Source: a virus. From it: a stretch of 64,000 nucleotides of DNA. The stretch's first letter is position 1. Each line of letters opens with the position of its first letter. The notes beneath the pieces are model-generated. The model worked only from the letters and a program-made list of their open reading frames with translations, did no database searches and was not told the DNA's origin. The stretch lies in IMG/VR virus record IMGVR_UViG_3300042484_001802; one strand, 5' to 3'. This document shows positions 29,628 through 38,708 of this stretch, in pieces. The position numbers were made by a program, and so were the translations under genes.

Positions 29628-30139
29628 TGACAAATGGTATTATCATTGACAATTTTTTAGACAATGTTGATGAAATAAGAGAGGAAGCGTTGTTATTAGA
29701 TTATACTAAATCATTACCCGAAAGTGAAGGTTGGAAAGGGTTTAGGTGTTTAAATGGAAACATGTTGACACTTGATTTACATGAAAAAATTAAAGAAAAG
29801 TTAGTTGAAACTAATATAAAATTTGATAATTGTGATATGAGGTGTTTTTTTCATTATACATTGGAAGAACATAATGTAGGTAAAAAAAACACACATCGTG
29901 ATTATGGTTTTGATTATGCTGGGGTTTTATACCTAGCACCAAACCCACAAAAAAATTCAGGTACGTCTTTTTATAATGATTTAGGTGAAGAAACCGGTTA
30001 CTTGGAAAACGTTTATAATAGATTAGTAATTTATCCAGCGAATGAGTTACACTCTTTAAAAGAATCTTTTGGTAACGATATTAATAATGGTAGATTAACT
30101 TTCACGTTTTTTTGTAAATTAAAAAATAACAATATATGA
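29624..30139 (+). CDS. 2OG-Fe(II) oxygenase-like protein (DUF6445-type)
   Basis: IIDNFLDN.DEIRE.AL...HRD..YAGVLYL.P....GTSFY...NVYNRLVIY....H....G....GRL. Confidence 0.75.
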   Translation: MMTNGIIIDNFLDNVDEIREEALLLDYTKSLPESEGWKGFRCLNGNMLTLDLHEKIKEKLVETNIKFDNCDMRCFFHYTLEEHNVGKKNTHRDYGFDYAGVLYLAPNPQKNSGTSFYNDLGEETGYLENVYNRLVIYPANELHSLKESFGNDINNGRLTFTFFCKLKNNNI

Positions 30140-30516
30140 GTAAGAAATATGCAATGTACATCGGTAGGTGGCAAAATTGGCATAAAGGTCACGAATGGTT
30201 GATCCGTCAACAAATGGACCAAGGTAAGAACATATGGGTAGCTATTAGGGATGTTGAAGTTGACGAGAACAACCCTAAAACAGCTCAAGAGGTTTTTCAA
30301 ATGTTAATCCAGGAGCCCTTTTTTAACGAGAATTTTGATAAGATTTTACTATCAATTATCCCAGATATTGAATCGGTTAATTATGGTAGAGGTGTTGGTT
30401 ACGATGTTATTTATCACGAGCCACCGGCGGATGTTGCGGTAATAAGCGGAACTGCTATTAGAACTGGACATATGACCGCTGATGGCTCAATAAAATATGA
30501 CCAAACAAAAGGATAA
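30136..30516 (+). CDS. Minimal HxGH nucleotidyltransferase (cytidylyltransferase superfamily)
   Basis: IGRWQNWHKGH; PDIESVNYGRGVGY; ISGTAIR. Confidence 0.75.
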   Translation: MSKKYAMYIGRWQNWHKGHEWLIRQQMDQGKNIWVAIRDVEVDENNPKTAQEVFQMLIQEPFFNENFDKILLSIIPDIESVNYGRGVGYDVIYHEPPADVAVISGTAIRTGHMTADGSIKYDQTKG

Positions 30517-30731
30517 TGATTGTAGAACGTAAACGACATATAGCCAAAACAATATCCTATCGTATTATAAGCACTATAATAGGTTTCCTTATAATGTGGT
30601 GGGTTAGTGGATCTATTAAGATTGGTGCAACCTTTGGTGTGGCTGAATTAGTATACAAACCTATTCAATATTACCTACATGAAAGGATTTGGTATAGATG
30701 GATAAAGTTCGGGGTAAAAGATAAAAAATAA
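30516..30731 (+). CDS. DUF2061-like small membrane protein
   Basis: RHIAKTISYRII...YYLHERIW. Confidence 0.8.
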   Translation: MIVERKRHIAKTISYRIISTIIGFLIMWWVSGSIKIGATFGVAELVYKPIQYYLHERIWYRWIKFGVKDKK

Positions 30732-30740
30732 GTATTTATA
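30731..30740 (+). promoter_or_regulatory. Putative late-promoter motif AGTATTTATA heading the 30.7-39.8 kb cassette
   Basis: Same motif as before the two fibre genes (815 and 46084). Confidence 0.45.
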
Positions 30741-30755
30741 TATAAATTAGAAAAT

Positions 30756-32243
30756 ATGAGAACAGTATTGATAGGATCAGATTTTATGTACGATAAGGAT
30801 GGTAATTTAAGACCCATTGAAATAAACACTGCGGTTGGTTGGGATGGTCCCGAAAAAGTCGAGGAAGATGTTGATTGTTTGGATTTAACAAATTTATATC
30901 AATTTGTTGAGGATAATAATTTCCAAACGATACATTATGTTGGTGATATTGGTCCATTACACGTGACATTAATGACACATTATAGCGGAAGTTCTGTTAC
31001 ATATGAATTTCACGGGGTTGGTGCAACTTCCATTACAGTTCCATACATAGAAGATACTGAAACGACTTTAATTATTAGGAGTGCATATGACACAACAGCA
31101 CTAGTGGATGACACATATTGTAAGGATAAAATAGAGTTCATGAATCTAATTAAAGATTCTTCTTTTGGCTCCCAATTTGCGTACATTGACGAAAATAACA
31201 CATTGGTGTCAAATATCACATCTATAAATGATAACGGCGAACACCCTAATTTTATTTTAAAATCTAGATTTCCAGGTTATGACAAGTTAATTTATCCAAA
31301 ATTTTTTAAAGTTACAACTCAATCTGAATTAGACACTATAATAGCAAATAATGTTACAAGTGAGTATTTTTTAATGGAGTACCTATGTAACGTCAATAAA
31401 CTATGGGAAGGGCATTTAACGGTGATAAGAAGTTTAAACATTTTAGTCCCACCAAATTTAGAATCAATTCAAATTGGCCAATATACAAAATTGAATCAAA
31501 ATATGTTACTAGATAATGTGACATATGATTCAATCACATTTGAAGTATATTCAGATTTCAAAGAGAGTTATAGTACAAACCCACCTACCGGTTTTCAACC
31601 TAAATTATTGAATACTGATATGGTAGAAATGGCAGATGGGACATTAAAAACTGCATTGGATTTACAAATTGGGGACGTTATTAAAACAATTGAAATACCA
31701 AATGAAAAGGGAACTAGTATAGATAGTTACGTATCCTCCGAATTTGGGCTTACGTACGATACGTTGGTAAGTGATGCAATATATACAACTAATGTCGTAA
31801 CCAAAAAACAAAAAGTAAACACCTTAACTTTTATAAATGAATTAACATTTGAAGATGCTAGTACCTGGGAAGATACTATGGGCTCAAAGTATTTGATAGA
31901 CAGAGAAGGTGTGGTTATGTTTAAATCATTATGGGGGATATTTCCAGGAGATGTGGTTATATTATTAGATACTACTGATGATAATATAAATTTTGTAAGA
32001 AAAACAGTTACATCAAATATTCAAGTTAAGAGAGTGTTCTCTGGTTGGTTTATTTCAGTTGATACCGCTATGTTATTTTTAACTAAAACAGCCGGGTCAA
32101 CCAATAACGAATCATATGTTTCAATTGAACATAACCTTATATCTTGTCCCAATTGGACATGTACAAACGCTTGCTGGTCCATCTGTCCATCATGTCCGAA
32201 GTATATGTCTTGTCAATCTAATTACTGTTTTCCAGTATGTTAA
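30756..32243 (+). CDS. Circularly permuted ATP-grasp-like domain + Hint domain + C-terminal 8-Cys peptide
   Basis: aa1-282: DFMYDKDGNLRPIEIN, FILKSR, YFLMEY. aa283-460: MVEMADGTLK..DLQIGDVI...VSIEHN. aa461-495: Cys-rich tail. Confidence 0.65.
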   Translation: MRTVLIGSDFMYDKDGNLRPIEINTAVGWDGPEKVEEDVDCLDLTNLYQFVEDNNFQTIHYVGDIGPLHVTLMTHYSGSSVTYEFHGVGATSITVPYIEDTETTLIIRSAYDTTALVDDTYCKDKIEFMNLIKDSSFGSQFAYIDENNTLVSNITSINDNGEHPNFILKSRFPGYDKLIYPKFFKVTTQSELDTIIANNVTSEYFLMEYLCNVNKLWEGHLTVIRSLNILVPPNLESIQIGQYTKLNQNMLLDNVTYDSITFEVYSDFKESYSTNPPTGFQPKLLNTDMVEMADGTLKTALDLQIGDVIKTIEIPNEKGTSIDSYVSSEFGLTYDTLVSDAIYTTNVVTKKQKVNTLTFINELTFEDASTWEDTMGSKYLIDREGVVMFKSLWGIFPGDVVILLDTTDDNINFVRKTVTSNIQVKRVFSGWFISVDTAMLFLTKTAGSTNNESYVSIEHNLISCPNWTCTNACWSICPSCPKYMSCQSNYCFPVC

Positions 32244-32272
32244 TAACCTTCTTAAATAAATTTAAATAAAAA

Positions 32273-32362
32273 ATGGCAACAATTATATCAAATACAGACA
32301 TCAATACTTTAAACACCACAATTACAACAATAGGTAGTTTAATTGTAACAGCAAACAGTTAG
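32273..32362 (+). CDS. 29-aa Thr/Ile/Asn-rich micropeptide (absent from the ORF track)
   Basis: MATIISNTDINTLNTTITTIGSLIVTANS; A-rich leader; fills the gap between two genes. Confidence 0.6.
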   Translation: MATIISNTDINTLNTTITTIGSLIVTANS

Positions 32363-32385
32363 TATAAAATCTAATAAGTTATTTT

Positions 32386-32919
32386 ATGATACATTTCATA
32401 CCAAATATTCTTACTAAGGATGAGTGTGAATACTTAACGAATCAATTTGATTTCGAAAGAAAATATCAAATCTCGGCGGATAATGAATATACTGGCACCA
32501 ATATATCATATGGGTTTGCCCCTTCATTTGCGTTTAATACCTATTTAAATAAATTAAAATCAAAAGTGTTAGAATATAACAATAATTTTGATGATTTATT
32601 CAATGTAAACACATTTGTTAGGGAATATATGAACACCTCAATGTTAAAAAAACATTTAGATAGAAAAGACATTAGTGTTACTATGTCTATATGTTTAGAA
32701 TCCACAATAAATAAAGAATGGCCGTTATGTGCGGAAATCGGAAATAAGGAATATTGTTTCAACACAAATATTGGTGACGGTATTTTATTATTTGATGCGG
32801 ATAAAATCACACATTGGAGGGAACCCTTAATATGTCTGGAGAAAGAAAGAGTTGTCCAATTTTTTTTACATTGGAAACCTTCTGATTACGTCGCAAAAAA
32901 AACAAAATCATTATTATAA
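32386..32919 (+). CDS. 2OG-Fe(II) oxygenase
   Basis: REY....LKKHLDR...SVTM.....WPL...GD...HWREP...QFFLHW. Confidence 0.8.
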   Translation: MIHFIPNILTKDECEYLTNQFDFERKYQISADNEYTGTNISYGFAPSFAFNTYLNKLKSKVLEYNNNFDDLFNVNTFVREYMNTSMLKKHLDRKDISVTMSICLESTINKEWPLCAEIGNKEYCFNTNIGDGILLFDADKITHWREPLICLEKERVVQFFLHWKPSDYVAKKTKSLL

Positions 32920-32930
32920 AAAAATAAATT

Positions 32931-33515
32931 ATGCCATTTACATATACAATAGAGTCAACCTTTTTAACAAAAGAAGAATGTGATTTAATATTAGATTTTT
33001 CATTAAAAGAATTAAAATTAGTACCATCGGAAATTCTTACCAATTACACCGATGGTGGCGACGTTAATACCGATATTAGAAAATCAAATCAAGTATTTTA
33101 CCCCTATTATAAAAAATTTCCATTTTTATTAGAAAAAATGAGTAAATTATTAAATCAACATATTTTTGTTAAAGGGTTCGATTTAGATTTTAAAGAAAGT
33201 CAATTTCAGTTTACTGAGTATCATCCAGGCGGACATTTTGGCTGGCATAGAGATGCTCATGGAAAAAAAATAACGGATTATGACAGGTATTGTTCATTAG
33301 TGATACAACTAAATGATGAGTATGGAGAGGGTGATTTACAAATAAAAGATGATCAGAATGGGACCCTAACAGTTGAAAAGGGTACAGGAAATTTGATATT
33401 ATTTTTATCAAATATTGAACATAGAGTAGTGCCAGTAAAAAGTGGGATTAGATATACACTAGTTAATTGGGTGAAATTAAAACAAAAAAAAGATTATAAA
33501 AAAACACTTTTATAG
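32931..33515 (+). CDS. 2OG-Fe(II) oxygenase (PKHD/prolyl hydroxylase-like)
   Basis: QFTEY..G.HF.WHRD...SLVIQLND.Y..GDL...HRV.PV.SG.RY.LV.W. Confidence 0.9.
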   Translation: MPFTYTIESTFLTKEECDLILDFSLKELKLVPSEILTNYTDGGDVNTDIRKSNQVFYPYYKKFPFLLEKMSKLLNQHIFVKGFDLDFKESQFQFTEYHPGGHFGWHRDAHGKKITDYDRYCSLVIQLNDEYGEGDLQIKDDQNGTLTVEKGTGNLILFLSNIEHRVVPVKSGIRYTLVNWVKLKQKKDYKKTLL

Positions 33516-33516
33516 C

Positions 33517-33834
33517 ATGAAAATAAATTTTAAAGAAATATTAAATGCTTGGTATAATGTTATAAATCACACACCAGAACAAAAGGAATTAGCAGATAAA
33601 AGATTCGCTATATGTTTAGAATGCCCCTCTAAAATAGAAATTTTAAAAGACAAGAAATGGCTTTTTAAATGTAAAGAATGTGGTTGTCCTTTAGGCGCAA
33701 AAGTTTACACTGAAACAACATACCTTACTAAAGACAAATCTTGTCCACTTGATAAATGGAAAGAAGTTGAAATGGAATTTATGAGTAAACATAGTGACAC
33801 GATTAAATATAAAACTAAAAAAACATTTCTTTAG
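33517..33834 (+). CDS. Small Cys-rich zinc-binding protein (DUF6171-like)
   Basis: RFAICLECP...CKECGCPL.AK......CPLDKW. Confidence 0.7.
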   Translation: MKINFKEILNAWYNVINHTPEQKELADKRFAICLECPSKIEILKDKKWLFKCKECGCPLGAKVYTETTYLTKDKSCPLDKWKEVEMEFMSKHSDTIKYKTKKTFL

Positions 33835-33836
33835 TT

Positions 33837-34526
33837 ATGGGTTATTTAATAAACGATGACCTTTTATGGGTGATCACCCCTAAATGTGCTAGCGACTCAA
33901 TAGAAACTGCATTATTAAACTCAAGTTTAAATTTAAAAAAATATAGCGAGCACTTCGAACAACATACCCATATGCATATACCACTAAACGAGTGCTTAAC
34001 TAAGTTTGGTAAAAAAGAAACAATATGTATCACTAGAGATTGGTTTGAAAAATGGTTAAGTTCATTAAATTTTATTTGGGATTATATAGAATTATATAGT
34101 GAATATGAACCAGTATGTAAATGGGAGGACATCAATAATAATGTTATTTATGAGATATTTGATAGCGAATTTGTAAATAAACTTTACTCATTAAATCATA
34201 CCTCTAATGAAGAATGTTTTTTGAAATTATTAAAAAGGAACACCGAAGATATTATAAACGTACCCAAAGAAATTTATGGAATAATAATAACTCTAATATC
34301 TGAACGCTATTGGAAAAGTAATGTAAAATGCACATATGAATTTGATATTAAAAAATTAGACGATTTTGTTAATTTCATTGAAAATAGGTTTGGTGAAAAA
34401 TTAATAATAGAAAAGAAAAACGTATCTACAAAAAGACCAAATAAATTAATAGTAAATAATGAATTAAAATCTTTTGTTTGGGAAAAATTTGAAAAAATAT
34501 TTGAAAAAAGAAATCAATTAATTTAA
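33837..34526 (+). CDS. Sulfotransferase-like protein
   Basis: 5'-PSB-like PKCASDSI and 3'-PB-like ITRDWFEKWLS. Confidence 0.65.
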   Translation: MGYLINDDLLWVITPKCASDSIETALLNSSLNLKKYSEHFEQHTHMHIPLNECLTKFGKKETICITRDWFEKWLSSLNFIWDYIELYSEYEPVCKWEDINNNVIYEIFDSEFVNKLYSLNHTSNEECFLKLLKRNTEDIINVPKEIYGIIITLISERYWKSNVKCTYEFDIKKLDDFVNFIENRFGEKLIIEKKNVSTKRPNKLIVNNELKSFVWEKFEKIFEKRNQLI

Positions 34527-34527
34527 T

Positions 34528-35196
34528 ATGGCAACTATTTGGACATTTGGGGATTCATTTACTTCTGGAGACGGGTGTGTAGAAAACCTAAGAATTAGAG
34601 ACGGCGATTTTAGATATTATAACGAATATAAAAAACTAGGTAGTGATATATGGCCTAATTTATTAGGTAAAACTTTAGGATATGACGTAAAAAATCTAGG
34701 AAAAAGTGGTGCAAGTAATGACTATATTTTAGATTCTATTATTGATAATTTTAACATGATAGAACCAAATGATGTGGTGATAATTGAAAAAACATTTTAC
34801 CAAAGATTTGATATACCTAAATCAACGGGTGATGGGTTTCAAACAATTTACGCTGAAGGACTTTATCAACTTTCTATTGATTTAAAAATGGAAAGATATT
34901 CTTGTGAAGATAAATTAGAAATTGAAACGGTATTAAATTATGGTGTTTTATTTTCCGACAATAAATTATTTAAAGAAAGACAAGATAAACGATTTGAATT
35001 TATACAAGCACAATTAAATAATAAAACAGATAAAATATTAATATGGGATGTTTTAGATTTTTTAGACGGTAAAATTGAAACGATAGGTCAACACACTGAG
35101 GGTAATATAAAAGATTATCATTTTAGTTTTAATGGTCATAAAAGATTTAGCGAATTTCTATACAAAAAATTATATATTAAACCCTCATTAGTTTAA
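34528..35196 (+). CDS. SGNH/GDSL-like hydrolase or acyltransferase
   Basis: FGDSFT, NLGKSGASNDYI, DYHFSFNGH. Confidence 0.7.
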   Translation: MATIWTFGDSFTSGDGCVENLRIRDGDFRYYNEYKKLGSDIWPNLLGKTLGYDVKNLGKSGASNDYILDSIIDNFNMIEPNDVVIIEKTFYQRFDIPKSTGDGFQTIYAEGLYQLSIDLKMERYSCEDKLEIETVLNYGVLFSDNKLFKERQDKRFEFIQAQLNNKTDKILIWDVLDFLDGKIETIGQHTEGNIKDYHFSFNGHKRFSEFLYKKLYIKPSLV

Positions 35197-35928
35197 ATGT
35201 TAGTCGATAAAAAATTTATTTTTATAAGTTTACCAAGATGTGCATCAACATCATTTATGATTACGTGTGTTAAAAACAAAATACCAATAGAGCATTTCAA
35301 CTCAAACCATGATAATCAGTTGATTAAAATCAATGAATGGGAAAAAATGGGTAATGAAGAATTGGCAGATAGATTAGTACATGCACACGAACCATTACAT
35401 ATGTTACAAGAAAAATTTGGGACGAGCAACCAAATTATTTCAATAAGACGAAATAAGTACGATAGATTTTTATCTTTATGGAAACACATCATAGACGAAT
35501 TACACAGAATTAACAAACTTGATATTGCTGACATCTTTTCAAAATTAACAACTAATGATCTGTTTGATAATATTAAACCAAATGACATTTATAATTCGGA
35601 AAATAGAGTTAAAGTTATTGATAATTTTTTATCTAGGTTAGAAATTTCAAAAGAAGAATCTTACACTAAAAATATGTTAGATATATTGTTTATGCCAGTA
35701 GTTGAACTTACAAATAACGACCCAAATATTATCTGGTTTGATATTAACAGTTTGAGAGATTTAGAAAATTGGGTGTCAAAAAAACTAAATAGAGATTTTA
35801 AAATGGAAAAAATAAATTCAAGTAAACATTTTAATTCAGTAATGGAGAACGATGATAATTTTAAACAGAAATATGATAATCTTTATAAAGAATTTGACCA
35901 AAGAAAAACAACTAAAACATTATTGTAA
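35197..35928 (+). CDS. Sulfotransferase-like protein
   Basis: FIFISLPRCASTSF; IRRNKYDRFLSLW; KINSS. Confidence 0.7.
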   Translation: MLVDKKFIFISLPRCASTSFMITCVKNKIPIEHFNSNHDNQLIKINEWEKMGNEELADRLVHAHEPLHMLQEKFGTSNQIISIRRNKYDRFLSLWKHIIDELHRINKLDIADIFSKLTTNDLFDNIKPNDIYNSENRVKVIDNFLSRLEISKEESYTKNMLDILFMPVVELTNNDPNIIWFDINSLRDLENWVSKKLNRDFKMEKINSSKHFNSVMENDDNFKQKYDNLYKEFDQRKTTKTLL

Positions 35929-37097
35929 TGGAAATTCAATTTTGGTATAGCGATATTTTACCAAATACAAATATTAGAAATTCAATCGAAAAAATAGATA
36001 GTGACATCTTATTTAAAAATATCCACACCGATAAGGTAGATGTTACAAAATTAAATTTTTTATTTTTTTTGTTAGAAACTGAATGGACTAATTCCGATAT
36101 CCCAAACATAGCGTATACTCATTCTAGTGAATTTATTGAATTACTAATTAAATTACAATCTGAAAATTTCTATTTTATGTGTAATAATTCTGGGGAAGCC
36201 GAACTTTGGGTGGATAATTTATCCTTGAATTTTTTTAATTTGTTAAAAAAAAATAAAATTGATTTTAACAGATTAATAATTGTAAATAACGATTCATCTA
36301 AAATTGGTATAGGTAAAACAAAATATGGGGATTTTATATTAAACACCTGTTTTTTTCCTAATTTCTTTTTATCTACCTATGAGCATTTAAAGTCATATGT
36401 AACTGAATTAAACCCTAACACCATACCTGATAAAAAATTCTTATGTTTAAATAGAAGAATGGGTTATGAAAAATATAAATTAATCGAGAGGTTATATCAT
36501 ATGGGGTTGTTAAATGACACCAGATTTTCTTGGGTAAAAAATAGCACGAATAAAAATCTGTTAAATAAAGAATTACTTAATGAATTAAACATAGATGTTG
36601 ATAACTTTAACCCTATTCAGTTAGAAGATGATGTAATGTATGGTGCTGATTTAGTTATGGAAAAGTATCTTTACACCATAAACCCCAAATGGTATTATAA
36701 AAGTAAAGTTAATATTATATTGGAAACAATGCTATACCCAAATTCAATTCATCTGACAGAAAAAACCTGGAAAGCAATTTATTTAGGTGTCCCGTTTGTT
36801 ATATATTCACCATCTAAACACTATCTTAAAACCTTAAGGGATATGGGATTCAAGACATTTAATTCTGTGATTAATGAGGATTATGATGAGATGCTAGGTA
36901 AAGATAAAATAACACAAGTTATAAAAAGCGCTGAAGAACTGGCTAGTATCTATGACACCCCCAAAGTATTAGATATATGTAGATTTAACCAAGAATTATA
37001 TTTTAATTTTCAACACAGAAAAAAAATATATAATGAGTTTTTTTTAAATAAAATTTGTGATGTTAAAAACTTAACAATTCCTAAAACATTAATTTAA
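35928..37097 (+). CDS. Putative GT-B/GT10-like protein (paralogue 3)
   Basis: KKFLCLNR, IILET...LTEKTWKA...PF...LRDMGFKTF..VINEDYD. Confidence 0.5.
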   Translation: MEIQFWYSDILPNTNIRNSIEKIDSDILFKNIHTDKVDVTKLNFLFFLLETEWTNSDIPNIAYTHSSEFIELLIKLQSENFYFMCNNSGEAELWVDNLSLNFFNLLKKNKIDFNRLIIVNNDSSKIGIGKTKYGDFILNTCFFPNFFLSTYEHLKSYVTELNPNTIPDKKFLCLNRRMGYEKYKLIERLYHMGLLNDTRFSWVKNSTNKNLLNKELLNELNIDVDNFNPIQLEDDVMYGADLVMEKYLYTINPKWYYKSKVNIILETMLYPNSIHLTEKTWKAIYLGVPFVIYSPSKHYLKTLRDMGFKTFNSVINEDYDEMLGKDKITQVIKSAEELASIYDTPKVLDICRFNQELYFNFQHRKKIYNEFFLNKICDVKNLTIPKTLI

Positions 37098-38147
37098 ATG
37101 GGTAATAAAATTGATTTAAAAAATTATACGTGTAGTGTGCCATTTACATCATTAGAAATACATAACAATGTTTGTTTTGTGTGCTGTCCATCCTGGTTAC
37201 CAAACAAAGTAGAACTTAGTGAAATTCCATTAAAAGATGTTTATAATAGCGAACCAATTATTGATATAAGAAACTCGATATTAGATGGTTCATTTAGATA
37301 TTGTAGTCAAGAGCTTTGTCCTTATTTAAGTAAATTAGTGAAGTATGGTGCGGAATCTGGGCCAGTCACTTTAAAATCAAATTCAAATGTTAATAGCCCT
37401 ATTGTAAAAAATAACGCACCAGATTATTTGATGATGAATTTTGATAGAACATGTAACTACAAATGTCCATCATGTAGAGTTGATTTAATAGTTGAAAATA
37501 GTGAGGGTATAAAACGTGTAGAAAAAACAATAGAGGAGATTGATAATCACTACTCGAAATATGTTAAAACCCTATATATTACTGGATCAGGGGATCCGTT
37601 TGTTTCTGTCGGATTCAGAAATTATCTAAGAAATTTTAACCCTAAAAAATACCCAAACTTAAATTCCATACACCTACACACAAATGCGTCTATGTGGAAT
37701 AAAGAAATGTGGGATAGTATGCCAAACATACACGGATATGTCCACTCTTGTGAAATTAGCATCGACGCTGGTACAAAAGACACCTATGAAAATAAAACCA
37801 GGTTGGGTGGTAAATGGGATAATTTAATTGATAATTTAAAATTCATAAGCACTCTACCAATTTCAATTAAAACATCATTTGTGGTTCAAGATTCCAATTA
37901 CATGGAAATGGGTATTTTTTACAACTTAATGTACTCAATATTTGGTAAAAGAGTAAATGTGTTTTTTGGTAAGATAACTAATTGGGGGACATTTTCAGAA
38001 GGTGAATTTAAATTAAAACAAGTATGGGATACGGAACATCCAGAACATGAGTTATTTAAAAAAGAGTTTAATAAAGTATGGAAAAATGAAAACCTTTTTC
38101 ATAATTTATATGAGTTTATTGACAACACAAATAAAACTTTAATATAG
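37098..38147 (+). CDS. Radical SAM protein (close paralogue of 28039-29160)
   Basis: CSVPF...CCPSW; DRTCNYKCPSCR; ITGSGDPF; ISIDAGTKDTYENKTRL identical to the paralogue. Confidence 0.9.
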   Translation: MGNKIDLKNYTCSVPFTSLEIHNNVCFVCCPSWLPNKVELSEIPLKDVYNSEPIIDIRNSILDGSFRYCSQELCPYLSKLVKYGAESGPVTLKSNSNVNSPIVKNNAPDYLMMNFDRTCNYKCPSCRVDLIVENSEGIKRVEKTIEEIDNHYSKYVKTLYITGSGDPFVSVGFRNYLRNFNPKKYPNLNSIHLHTNASMWNKEMWDSMPNIHGYVHSCEISIDAGTKDTYENKTRLGGKWDNLIDNLKFISTLPISIKTSFVVQDSNYMEMGIFYNLMYSIFGKRVNVFFGKITNWGTFSEGEFKLKQVWDTEHPEHELFKKEFNKVWKNENLFHNLYEFIDNTNKTLI

Positions 38148-38708
38148 ATGAGAATTTTAATACTATCACATACAAGATGTGGTTCTACCACATTATGTAA
38201 ATGGATATCAAAAGAATTGAATTTTGAAGTAGATTATGATCATTACGATGCTAACACATTTAATTCAATTTTCATTAAAAATAATATAATAAAAAAAATT
38301 GTTATCGAAGAATACAATCCACCAAATGAAGTTATTGAAAAATTTGATAAAGTTATTTGTTTAAGTAGGGAAAATAATATTGACAGTGCCATAAGTTTTA
38401 TTAATGCTGATAACAAAAGCAGGTGGCACGACATATATGAAATAACAAATGAGTGGATTGAAGATAATAAAAATAAAATAATAGAAACTGTTTACAAATA
38501 TGAACAATTAAAAACCTTATTAAAAAATAAAGATTTATTTCAAATAACGTATGAAAATATGTATATTAATAAAATAGACGTTAATAGAGTTATTAGTTAT
38601 TTAAACATTGAAAACCCAAAACATTTGGATATGCTTGATTATGATAAAAAATATAGAAAAGACACATATACTTTAACACATGATTTTAAGAGAAAAAATA
38701 TCATTTAG
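38148..38708 (+). CDS. Stf0-like sulfotransferase
   Basis: ILILSHTRCGSTTL; LSRENNIDSAIS; ITYE. Confidence 0.65.
   Translation: MRILILSHTRCGSTTLCKWISKELNFEVDYDHYDANTFNSIFIKNNIIKKIVIEEYNPPNEVIEKFDKVICLSRENNIDSAISFINADNKSRWHDIYEITNEWIEDNKNKIIETVYKYEQLKTLLKNKDLFQITYENMYINKIDVNRVISYLNIENPKHLDMLDYDKKYRKDTYTLTHDFKRKNII

Noticed and set aside
31602-32135. Classical splicing intein or mobile element
   Set aside because: No Cys/Ser at position 1, no block B His, the +1 residue is Leu, and there is no homing endonuclease.
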